Source of the DNA: Coleofasciculus sp. B1-GNL1-01 | GTDB taxonomy: Bacteria > Cyanobacteriota > Cyanobacteriia > Cyanobacteriales > Coleofasciculaceae | DNA length: 64,000 nt | Reading direction: 5' to 3' (one strand) | Assembly: GCA_040220235.1 (NCBI GenBank) | Contig: JAVJTO010000082.1 | Shown: piece after piece, positions 10,713 to 18,407 of the stretch | Layout of the letters: each line of letters opens with the position of its first letter | Numbering within the stretch: position 1 is the first letter of the stretch | Made by a program: the position numbers and the translations under genes | Notes under the pieces: generated by a model | The model's input: only the letters and a program-made list of their open reading frames with translations | Told to the model about the DNA's origin: nothing | Databases searched by the model: none

Positions 10713-11030
10713 CTATTCAAGTTCAACTTCTAATAGCCCAACTGTTACAGCAGCAAAGGCAAAGGCTACACCCAAAGGCATAGGCGACTGGAAATAAACG
10801 GTCAAAATAGCGGCAACAACAGTAACCAACATTGCCCCAATTGACCACCACTTTTCTTCGCCACTCCAGCCTTTTTCCGCTTTAATCCATTTCAAGGCGT
10901 CCGTCGGTAGTGGTTCTGGAATTACAGCGCCCGGTGGGAACGCCCAATAGTTATTGCGCTCAACATATAAGTCTGTCCAGCCGTTCTCGTAGCACCATTC
11001 GTTTAACCAAGCTTCACAGTAATGTTTCAT
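10713..11030 (-). CDS. Conserved cyanobacterial small membrane protein (Slr1957-like)
   Basis: W..EWC.ENGWTDL...YWAFPPGAV.P.P motif plus two C-terminal hydrophobic helices. Confidence 0.7.
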   Translation of the reverse strand: MKHYCEAWLNEWCYENGWTDLYVERNNYWAFPPGAVIPEPLPTDALKWIKAEKGWSGEEKWWSIGAMLVTVVAAILTVYFQSPMPLGVAFAFAAVTVGLLEVELE

Positions 11031-11128
11031 CGGATTTTGTTAAAATGTGTTAAATTAGTCTGCTTTACAGCCTCAATAACATTAGCAAATCTTTTTCCAG
11101 ACTAAAAGAGGAATAAATACCTAATTCG

Positions 11129-11151
11129 TCATTGGTCATTGGTCATTGGTC
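11129..11151. repeat. STRR-type heptamer repeat (tcattgg)x3
   Basis: Read directly from the sequence. Confidence 0.7.
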
Positions 11152-11159
11152 TTTCGTTG

Positions 11160-11455
11160 CTTACGGGGTGACAAGCTAGCTGAAGTGTTGAGCCATCCGG
11201 CTTTTAGCCCATTTCTTCTTGTCACAGATAGGGTCAGAGATAGCAGTTTTTTGTGGGGGGGGAGACCCCCCCCACCCCCACAAGGGGGGGCGGGGCGCCC
11301 CCCCAAACCCCCCGCGCAACGCATCGCTAATCCCATACCTCATCCGGTGGTCTTCATCTGTCAATAAGAATGTCAATAAGACTTCATCTTTGGAGATATT
11401 AATGTCGCTCAAAACCTGATTTTTAAAGGTTTTGGACGGCTTGTCACCCCTTCAG
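11160..11455. mobile_element. MITE / internally deleted IS with IS4-family (IS10/IS50-like) ends
   Basis: 17-bp terminal inverted repeats cttacggggtgacaagc (11160-11176) and gcttgtcaccccttcag (11439-11455), 2 mismatches. No transposase and no target duplication; G/C-run hairpins inside (11250-11315). Confidence 0.7.
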
Positions 11456-11456
11456 G

Positions 11457-11648
11457 GCAACCGTAGAAGTGGTGGGGATGGCACCAGAGGAGGAGTGTGA
11501 ACAGGAAATGTTTGTGGAGATTGCCTGGGATGATTATACGCTGGCGGTTCCGTTGATTCAGCTAGAGGCTCCAGAGGCAGATGCAGAAACCCAACAGGCG
11601 ATCGCAGATTGGCATTACTGGGTGAATCAAGGCTATGAGTTTGGGTAA
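11457..11648 (+). pseudogene. ccbP: 3' half of a CcbP-type calcium-binding protein gene
   Basis: Translates ATVEVVGMAPEEECEQEMFVEIAWDDYTLAVPLIQLEAPEADAETQQAIADWHYWVNQGYEFG*, matching the CcbP C-terminal pattern (TVEV.GMAP..EC...M.VE; TQ.AIADW.YW...GY.F). The 5' half is missing at the MITE end. Confidence 0.8.
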
Positions 11649-11718
11649 ATTAAATTGATAAAGATACTCCAACAAGCAAGGCAAAAAATCTCAAGACGGC
11701 TAGCCGTGCAGACGCGAT
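11573..11718 (+). repeat. 146-bp direct repeat, copy 1 (copy 2 at 12607-12752)
   Basis: Manual alignment gives 5 mismatches in 146 bp. Contains the ccbP 3' end and a HIP1 site, and ends at gcgat. Confidence 0.95.
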
Positions 11719-11764
11719 GACCCATAGCGTGATCGCACTCACAGATGGCTCATCCTACCCCTAC

Positions 11765-11773
11765 TGCTACAAT
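11765..11773 (+). promoter_or_regulatory. Putative extended -10 promoter (TGcTACAAT)
   Basis: About 30 bp upstream of the ATG at 11805. Confidence 0.45.
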
Positions 11774-11804
11774 CAAAGCAACCTTAAACAATACATTACC
11801 GCCA

Positions 11805-12161
11805 ATGCAAATTATCATAGAAGTCCCCGATCGCCTGGGTGAAAAACTGCAACAATTGGGCGATCGCCTCCCAGAAGCCCTTGATCGCGCAATTGAGGAA
11901 CTTATCCCCCCAGAAACCATCTGCTACCAAGACGAACTCCAGATCGTCGAACTGCTTGCTAGTCAACCCAGTCCAGAAGTTATCCTTGCCATCCGCCCCA
12001 CGCCTGCTTTACAAACCCGCATGAGCGAACTGCTCGATCGCAATAAATCGGGTACACTCTCGCGATCGGAAGAAGCCGAACTTGATCGATACTTGCTTCT
12101 AGAACATTGGGTGCGTTTAGCAAAAGCTCATGCTTACAAACACTTACAAACAGCAGCATGA
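11805..12161 (+). CDS. Putative antitoxin-like protein
   Basis: MQIIIEVPD.L N-terminus; PSPE.ILA.RP...LQ.RMSELL..NK.G.LS..E..EL..Y..LEH.VRLAK family usually paired with HNH genes; ATGA overlap with the next gene. Confidence 0.65.
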   Translation: MQIIIEVPDRLGEKLQQLGDRLPEALDRAIEELIPPETICYQDELQIVELLASQPSPEVILAIRPTPALQTRMSELLDRNKSGTLSRSEEAELDRYLLLEHWVRLAKAHAYKHLQTAA

Positions 12162-12586
12162 GTTATGTATCAGCAACTCTGCGTCGGCTAGTGACTCAAC
12201 GCGCCGGAGAGCAATGCGAGTATTGCCGATTTCCCCAAACAGCTTCACTTTTCGCCTTTGAAATGGAACATATCATTGCCGAAAAACATGATGGCATCAC
12301 TGAAGTTGAAAACCTAGCTTTATCTTGTCCTTACTGCAACCGCTTCAAAGGAACTGACCTCGGTTCACTCGACCCTGAGACACAACAGCTAACCCCCTTT
12401 TTTAATCCCCGTCTTCAGAAATGGTCAGACCACTTCCAGCTAGATGGAGGAACGATCATTCCACTAACTGCCCAAGGGCGCGTAACCGCTAAAATTTTAC
12501 AATTTAACCTTCCAGAACGTATCCTCGAACGCGAGCAACTCATTATGAACGGAGAATATCCACCACCTCATCCACAAACAACATAA
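12158..12586 (+). CDS. HNH endonuclease (McrA-like, putative toxin)
   Basis: CEYC ... EHIIAEKHDG ... NLALSCPYCNRFKG zinc/HNH motif. Confidence 0.9.
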   Translation: MSYVSATLRRLVTQRAGEQCEYCRFPQTASLFAFEMEHIIAEKHDGITEVENLALSCPYCNRFKGTDLGSLDPETQQLTPFFNPRLQKWSDHFQLDGGTIIPLTAQGRVTAKILQFNLPERILEREQLIMNGEYPPPHPQTT

Positions 12587-12606
12587 TGGCTCTTTTCCCT
12601 GGCAGT

Positions 12607-12752
12607 AGAGGCAGATGCACAAACCCAACAGGCGATCGCAGATTGGCATTACTGGGTGCATCAAGGCTATGAGTTTGGGTAAATTAAATTGATAAAGATA
12701 CTCTAATAAGCAAGGCAAAAAATCTCAAGACGGCTAGCCGTGCGGACGCGAT
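12607..12752 (+). repeat. 146-bp direct repeat, copy 2
   Basis: See 11573-11718. Confidence 0.95.
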
Positions 12753-12794
12753 CACAGACGCTTAGTTGCAGAGGCGTTAGAAAGTTTACCCCAA
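12747..12794 (+). repeat. 48-bp direct repeat (second copy 13855-13902)
   Basis: cgcgatcacagacgcttagttgcagaggcgttagaaagtttaccccaa vs cgcgatcgcagacgcttggttgcagaaacgttggcaggtgtaccccaa, 40/48 identical; both begin at a HIP1 or HIP1-like site. Confidence 0.8.
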
Positions 12795-12872
12795 GTTGCG
12801 TGATGGCTGGGATTACTGGAAGCAGAGCGCGATCGCTACAATAAAGGTAATTTTCAATTATCCCTGTACTCT

Positions 12873-13202
12873 ATGACTCGTCAGGAACTGGAACATCAGC
12901 TTCTTCGCCTATCCCCTGCTGACAAAGCAGACATCATTCAGAGTCTGACCAAAACCCTGAGAACAGGCGGAAAAGGAATCAGCAAAACTCCTGGTATTTG
13001 TGGTGGAGAAGCCTGTATTGCTGGAACCCGAATTGCCGTTTGGTTATTAGTTGAAGCCCAACAGCTTGGCATCAGTGAAGCCCAACTCCTACAAGACTAT
13101 CCTCACATCAGTGCGGCTGATCTGGTCAATGCTTGGGCGTATGCATATGCTTATCCCGAAGACATTGCAGCAGCGATTCGCGCCAATAATGAGGTTGTCT
13201 AG
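12873..13202 (+). CDS. DUF433-family antitoxin
   Basis: ISKTPGICGGEACIAGTRIAV...LLQDYP.I...DL..A..Y motif; preceded by HIP1 (12829-12836) and TACAAT (12837-12842). Confidence 0.9.
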   Translation: MTRQELEHQLLRLSPADKADIIQSLTKTLRTGGKGISKTPGICGGEACIAGTRIAVWLLVEAQQLGISEAQLLQDYPHISAADLVNAWAYAYAYPEDIAAAIRANNEVV

Positions 13203-13205
13203 CCA

Positions 13206-13256
13206 ATGGCACGTTTGTATGCTGATGAGCAGAACCATGTACTCAGCATGAGCTAA
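13206..13256 (+). pseudogene. Stub of the cognate DUF5615/PIN-like toxin
   Basis: MARLYADEQ, the usual N-terminus of the PIN toxins paired with DUF433, starts 3 bp after the antitoxin, then diverges and stops after 16 codons. Confidence 0.7.
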
Positions 13257-13265
13257 ATTTCCACT

Positions 13266-13721
13266 ATGAATGATCAGAAATTAAAACGGAAAATTATAGT
13301 TATAGATGTACCCAAGTATCATCAAGCAATGAGAGCTGTATTTGAAGATGCTTTGGCATATTTTGCTGGGTTTGAAGATTTTGATTTAATTGTAATAGAT
13401 GCCAATCACACAAATTTAGCCAATGGTAATTTATTATACAAAATACAGCAAGAAATAAACCCGAAAAGATTTGTCCATATCATCTACATACAAGGCTGGC
13501 ACTATATAAATGGAGTTAAACTATTAAGTTATTTGCGTACAAATAGTTTAATTAAAACTATCCCCATTGTCATTTCATCTGCTGATGATAACATTGAAGA
13601 TTTTATGAATAAGCAATCGGTTTTCTTTGTTTCTGTTCCAATTTGTCTTTACGAATGGGGTCAAACTATAAACAGGGCATTTAAATTGGCAATTTTAGCC
13701 AGTAAAGCACAGCACAATTGA
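13266..13721 (+). CDS. AT-rich degenerate receiver (CheY-like) domain protein
   Basis: KIIVID ... INGVKLLSYLRTNSLIKTIPIVISSA ... FVSVP resembles a receiver fold without the phospho-Asp and Lys. Confidence 0.5.
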   Translation: MNDQKLKRKIIVIDVPKYHQAMRAVFEDALAYFAGFEDFDLIVIDANHTNLANGNLLYKIQQEINPKRFVHIIYIQGWHYINGVKLLSYLRTNSLIKTIPIVISSADDNIEDFMNKQSVFFVSVPICLYEWGQTINRAFKLAILASKAQHN

Positions 13722-13751
13722 CGGCTAAACCTGCTGCTACATCAGTAATTT

Positions 13752-13780
13752 GTAGGTTGGGTTGACGAAGGAAACCCAAC
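13752..13780. repeat. REP-like repeat gtaggttgggttga..gaaacccaac (copies ~46173-46203, ~56254-56286)
   Basis: Three similar hairpin copies in the window. Confidence 0.8.
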
Positions 13781-13819
13781 AGCTCAGTATTATAGCGTTG
13801 AGCGCTGGTGTATTTACAG

Positions 13820-14104
13820 ATTATGTTCAGAATTTACCCGACTTTGCCTATATGCGCGATCGCAGACGCTTGGTTGCAGAAACGTTGGCAGGTGTACCCC
13901 AAACGGTAAAGAATGCGAAATACAGACGGCTCAGGCGTTACCGGAGGTGCATCTTACACGAATCCTGAATTAGACTATATAGTTGTATTCCTAAAAGATT
14001 TGCCTGACTTTGGCAGTCTCCTTGTTCTCAATAGTAGGCAAATGCGGAGAGGCGATCGCGTGGCAATTATTCAGCATTCAGGCGGACACCTGAAGAAAAT
14101 CTCG
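13820..14104 (+). pseudogene. Fragments of an adaptor (EAD8-like)-trypsin/V8 serine peptidase gene
   Basis: 13820-13902 reads DYVQNLPDFAYMRDRRRLVAETLAGVPQ (adaptor-like N-terminus). 13955-14104, in another frame, reads YTNPELDYIVV.LKD.PDFG...RGDRVAIIQHSGGHLKKIS (trypsin-like LDY and IIQHP.G..K motifs). The catalytic His and GSSGS regions are absent. Confidence 0.6.
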
Positions 14105-14121
14105 ATAAGGATAGTTAGGCA

Positions 14122-15243
14122 ATGGCAATAAGTAACGATAGCCTTGAAAAATTATTGCCTCTACTCAGACCCTATTTACGGGATGAGAATGAGCGTCGAG
14201 CCTATTTGATCAGGGCGTTAGGCATGGATACACCTGTGTTGAATCGCCTGGTTTTAAATACACCTGTGGATTCTTTCATCACTAACATGGTGACGGAACT
14301 GGTTCGTTTAGGAAAAATACCCACTGGCAAACTAGCGCTTTGCGCCTTGTTGGAAGTGATTCGTGAAGATATGGGTGTAGACAACCGGGCAAAAGTAGAT
14401 AAACTACTTCAACAACTGCGAGAGGAGTTAACTGAGACACCTGTTGCTCAAGAATCGGTATCATCAAAACAAGACGCTCAAAATTTGCAGTGCGCTGTTA
14501 TCCTCACGGCTATTCCTATTGAATATAGAGCTGTTCGCGCTCACTTGACAAATCTCAAGGAAGAGATACACCCTGAAGGCACTATCTATGAACGAGGAAA
14601 CTTCTTATCTAATGGTCAATCATGGCAAATAGGAATTGTTGAAATCGGGGCAGGTAATACTGAGGCGGCTGTAGAAACGAAGCGAGCCATTGATTATTTT
14701 AAGCCGACTGTTGTACTCTTTGTGGGTGTAGCAGGTGGAATTAAACATGTTGACCTTGGTGACGTGGTGGCGGCAACAAAAGTTTATGGGTATGAATCCG
14801 GAAAAGTTGTCGAGGAAACGTTCCAACCTAGACCCAATACCAGCCTCGTAAGTTATCGTTTAGAACAGAGAGCTAAGGCTGAAGTTAGGAAAGAAGAGTG
14901 GTTAAACAGGATTGGAGAATCGATTCCAACACCAAAACCTCGCGCTTTCACAGGAGCCATAGCCGCAGGGGACAAAGTGGTGGCTTCAACGAAGTCTGAT
15001 GTGTATCAGCTTCTGCGGACAAACTATGGTGATGCGCTGGCGGTGGAAATGGAAAGTCATGGTTTTCTCAAGGCTGTTCGTGCTAATCCAGAAATCAATG
15101 CATTAATTATCCGTGGTATCTCCGATCTCATTGATGGTAAAAGCAATGCTGATGCGGCTGGCTCTCAGGAGAAAGCAGCACAACACGCTAGTGCTTTTGC
15201 ATTTGAAATCTTGGCAAAACTGTTAGGCGATGGCAATCAGTAG
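14122..15243 (+). CDS. Effector-associated-domain (EAD-like) + nucleoside phosphorylase/MTA-SAH nucleosidase-fold effector
   Basis: ~100-aa helical N-terminus shared with the next gene, then AVILTAIPIEY, GAGN, FVGVAGG, LGDVV, AVEMESHG, IRGISD motifs of the PNP/UDP fold. Confidence 0.88.
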   Translation: MAISNDSLEKLLPLLRPYLRDENERRAYLIRALGMDTPVLNRLVLNTPVDSFITNMVTELVRLGKIPTGKLALCALLEVIREDMGVDNRAKVDKLLQQLREELTETPVAQESVSSKQDAQNLQCAVILTAIPIEYRAVRAHLTNLKEEIHPEGTIYERGNFLSNGQSWQIGIVEIGAGNTEAAVETKRAIDYFKPTVVLFVGVAGGIKHVDLGDVVAATKVYGYESGKVVEETFQPRPNTSLVSYRLEQRAKAEVRKEEWLNRIGESIPTPKPRAFTGAIAAGDKVVASTKSDVYQLLRTNYGDALAVEMESHGFLKAVRANPEINALIIRGISDLIDGKSNADAAGSQEKAAQHASAFAFEILAKLLGDGNQ

Positions 15244-16330
15244 CGATATAATTCAAAAATTATTGCCTCTACTTAGACCCCTTATGGAGGATGAAAACCA
15301 GCGTCGAGGATACTTGATGAGGGCGTTGGGAATGGATGCACCCGTGTTACGTCGTCTTGTCTGGAGTACGCCTGTGGATGTTTTCATTACAGGTATGATC
15401 AAGGAACTGGTGATCTTTGGTGAAATTACCCCGGGTCAACCCGCGCTTTTGGCTTTGTTGAATGTGATTCGTCAAGATGTGGGTCGAGATATTCAGCTAC
15501 ACATTGATGAACTCATTGTAGAAGTTCAAACCCAACAGAACGTTCTCCCGATTCAAACGCCGCCTCATTTACTGTTTGATTTGCTGCTCATAATGGATTT
15601 TAAGCAGCAGGTGCGGTTGGTGAAAGAAGTCATGACATCACATCAAATCGCGGCTTTCTTGGTTCACGGTGAGGCTTGCTGCGGACAGCAACTTTTAGTG
15701 ACTCGATTATTCCGGTTGAAGCCACAGTGGAAGACGATATCGCCGATTAAGATTGATGTGAATCATAACGGTATCGGGAACAAGATTCCTCTCCTGTGGC
15801 GACGAGTGGCGGCTTGGTTTGGGTTGCCAAAAGAGGCTGAACCGAAAGAGATTATTGATCAAATTTGCGATCGCGTTTCCACTCAAGATGTTATTTTTAT
15901 CTTTGATAGCGTGGAGTATATGCTGCCCAATGTCCTGGTGGCGTGGCTTCAAGAGTTCTGGGAACCTCTGGTAAAACGAATTGAGCCAGAGTCCTGTCTG
16001 ACTCCAGAGGCAACCCATCTGTTAATGTTCTTGGTAGATCATAGAGGCAGCATTTGTCAATCAACGATTCAATTGGCACAGGAATGGGAGCAACCCGAAT
16101 ATCCTCGGATTCCTTTGCACTTGCCACCCGTGAGTCCATTTCCGCCAGATATCTTAGAGGATTGGCTAGATATGGTGACGGGATTTAGGGATATACAGAT
16201 ACCTGCGGGGTTAACCTCTCAACTCTTATTAGAGAAGTCAGAAGACGGGATTCCTGAATTTGTCTATGAGGAAATTTGTTGCCACTGCGGCTATGATTGG
16301 GAGGGAGAATTGGCAAAATGGTTAATTTAG
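15230..16330 (+). CDS. EAD-like + inactive STAND NTPase (iSTAND)
   Basis: Same N-terminal domain as the upstream gene; degenerate Walker A AFLVHGEACCGQQLL (GK replaced by GQ) and Walker B-like VIFIFDSVE; overlaps both neighbours. Confidence 0.8.
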   Translation: MAISSDIIQKLLPLLRPLMEDENQRRGYLMRALGMDAPVLRRLVWSTPVDVFITGMIKELVIFGEITPGQPALLALLNVIRQDVGRDIQLHIDELIVEVQTQQNVLPIQTPPHLLFDLLLIMDFKQQVRLVKEVMTSHQIAAFLVHGEACCGQQLLVTRLFRLKPQWKTISPIKIDVNHNGIGNKIPLLWRRVAAWFGLPKEAEPKEIIDQICDRVSTQDVIFIFDSVEYMLPNVLVAWLQEFWEPLVKRIEPESCLTPEATHLLMFLVDHRGSICQSTIQLAQEWEQPEYPRIPLHLPPVSPFPPDILEDWLDMVTGFRDIQIPAGLTSQLLLEKSEDGIPEFVYEEICCHCGYDWEGELAKWLI

Positions 16331-17235
16331 CAGATGCACTGGCGGCTAGTGGGAAACCATTCTATCAGGGTAAACTCATTTCACCTCAAGAGTGTCAGGA
16401 GAATGGACTCACGCCTTATTTACCCTCACCCGAACTGATTAATGCGGTTAATCTTGCCATCTTTCTGGAAAAACGCCCCCTGTTACTCAAAGGTGAACCC
16501 GGATGTGGTAAAACTCGCTTGGCGCAGGCGGTGGCTTACGAATTAGGATTACCCTATGAGCCTTGGTATATTAAATCTACCAGTCGGGCAAGAGATGGAC
16601 TCTACACCTACGACGCCGTAAGACGATTACATGATGCTCAACTGGTGCGGATGGGGGAAAAGAGTCAATCGAAGGTTGATGATTTAAATAATTATATTGA
16701 AATGGGAGCGCTGGGACGGGCGTTTGCTAATTCCCAGCGCACGGTGGTATTGATTGATGAAATTGATAAGGCGGATATTGATTTCCCTAACGATTTGTTA
16801 CGAGAGCTTGACGAGCAGCAATTCGCGATTGAGGAGACGGGAACGGAAGTTAAGGCAAATTTCCCTCCGATTGTATTTGTGACGAGCAACGATGAAAAGG
16901 ATTTACCCGATGCCTTTCTGCGCCGTTGTCTGTTTTATTACATTGAATTTCCTAATTCACAATTAACCGAGATTGTCAAGGCTCACTTTCCGGAATCATC
17001 GCCGGAGTTAGTCGAGGGAGCAGTGCAGCGTTTTAGGGAACTGCGGCAGACAATGGAGAAAGGGAAATCAGGAAAAAAGGTGAGTACCAGTGAGTTGCTG
17101 GATTGGTTTGCCGTGTTGCGTCAATTTCCTCAAGATCAGGTGTTGCAGCAGCTTGAGGGTAAATTGCCGTTTTCAGAAGTGCTGCTGAAGAAATGGGAAG
17201 ATCATCTACGTTATAGCAGTAGAGATATTTCTTAG
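16318..17235 (+). CDS. MoxR-family AAA+ ATPase
   Basis: Walker A GEPGCGKT, Walker B VLIDEIDKAD.DFPNDLL, TSN.EK.LPDAFLRRC, K.STSELLDW. Confidence 0.95.
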   Translation: MVNLADALAASGKPFYQGKLISPQECQENGLTPYLPSPELINAVNLAIFLEKRPLLLKGEPGCGKTRLAQAVAYELGLPYEPWYIKSTSRARDGLYTYDAVRRLHDAQLVRMGEKSQSKVDDLNNYIEMGALGRAFANSQRTVVLIDEIDKADIDFPNDLLRELDEQQFAIEETGTEVKANFPPIVFVTSNDEKDLPDAFLRRCLFYYIEFPNSQLTEIVKAHFPESSPELVEGAVQRFRELRQTMEKGKSGKKVSTSELLDWFAVLRQFPQDQVLQQLEGKLPFSEVLLKKWEDHLRYSSRDIS

Positions 17236-17250
17236 GAGAAACCGACTGGT

Positions 17251-17277
17251 GTAGAGACGTTGCATGCAACGGCTCTA
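17251..17277. repeat. REP-like palindrome gtagagacgttgcatgcaacggctcta (relatives ~25806-25830, ~62193-62217)
   Basis: Hairpin in the moxR-vWA spacer. Confidence 0.75.
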
Positions 17278-17315
17278 AATAACATAAATGTTCTGTTCGA
17301 CTCGAACCGTTAACC

Positions 17316-18407
17316 ATGAACCCCAATCAGTTACCACTGCTGGATATTTTTAACAGCCTGCGACAGCGCCATGGTTTGCCGTTGGGGGTGGATGAGTATT
17401 TAACAGTCTTGCGATCGCTTCAATCTGGCTTTGGTATAGGTACTCGTCAGGAAATCGAGCAGCTTTGCTGTCTGGTGTGGGCAAAATCTGAGGAAGAGAG
17501 TCGCCTAATTCGACGGCTATTTGAGCAAATGTGGCGGTATTCTCCAGATACTTCTGATCAACCTAAACCCTCATCTCCATCACCAGAGTCAGAAGAATCC
17601 TCGGCTGAAATACCCGAATCTGAACCCTTACCGGAATTGGAACCACAGCCCAATTTGACCCCAGAACCCGTGCAAGCTGTGCAAGCCGTGCGGAGTAGTC
17701 GGCGGGATAGGGAATTGAGACGCCCTCGCTATAGCCTACTAACTGAGTATTTCCCGGTGACTCGCCGACAGATGAAGCAAACCTGGCGTTATTTGCGTCG
17801 CCCAGTGCGGGAAGGAATCCCCACAGAATTAGATGTGGAAGCAACGGTGGCAAAAATGGGGCGTGAGGGTATTTTACTCGAACCCGTGCTGATACCTCCC
17901 CGTAAAAATCGGGCGGATTTGGTGTTAATGATTGACCAAGATGGCTCAATGGTACCCTTTCACCAGCTATCACGACAGTTAGTCGAAACAGCACAGCGCG
18001 GTGGACGGTTGAGACAGACCCGTGTATTTTATTTTCATGACTATCCTGATCAGTACCTGTATCGTCATCCCGCGATGTTGAATGCTCAATCGATGTCTGA
18101 GGTATTGGAAGAGATTGGAGAACGGGCGGTTGTACTAATTATCAGCGATGCAGGAGCCGCACGGGGAAATTTTGACCCAGAACGGATTGACAGCACTAAA
18201 GTATGGATTGAGCAGGTACAGCAGTCAGTACGGTATTGCGCTTGGCTCAACCCAATGCCGAATCAATGGTGGCAAAATACCACGGCTGGGGAAATTGCCC
18301 GTTTATTACCCATGTTTGAGATGAGTCGTCAGGGAATGAACGCGGCGATTGGTGTATTGCGAGGCAGATATATCGCTTGGGAGAGGATGTACTCATGGCT
18401 GCTGTAA
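17316..18407 (+). CDS. vWA (CoxE-like) domain protein
   Basis: ELDVEATV, MIDQDGSMVPF (MIDAS-like), FYFHD.P, IISDAGAARG, WLNPMP...W..T.A motifs. Confidence 0.92.
   Translation: MNPNQLPLLDIFNSLRQRHGLPLGVDEYLTVLRSLQSGFGIGTRQEIEQLCCLVWAKSEEESRLIRRLFEQMWRYSPDTSDQPKPSSPSPESEESSAEIPESEPLPELEPQPNLTPEPVQAVQAVRSSRRDRELRRPRYSLLTEYFPVTRRQMKQTWRYLRRPVREGIPTELDVEATVAKMGREGILLEPVLIPPRKNRADLVLMIDQDGSMVPFHQLSRQLVETAQRGGRLRQTRVFYFHDYPDQYLYRHPAMLNAQSMSEVLEEIGERAVVLIISDAGAARGNFDPERIDSTKVWIEQVQQSVRYCAWLNPMPNQWWQNTTAGEIARLLPMFEMSRQGMNAAIGVLRGRYIAWERMYSWLL

Noticed and set aside
11136..11419. Several short Gly/Pro-rich ORFs
   Set aside because: Artefacts of the G/C runs inside the MITE; no transposase motifs.
14114..15229. 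GTTAGGC before both adaptor genes read as integron attC core sites
   Set aside because: No inverse core or attC hairpin, the genes overlap, and there is no integron integrase; better explained by duplication of the adaptor 5' region.
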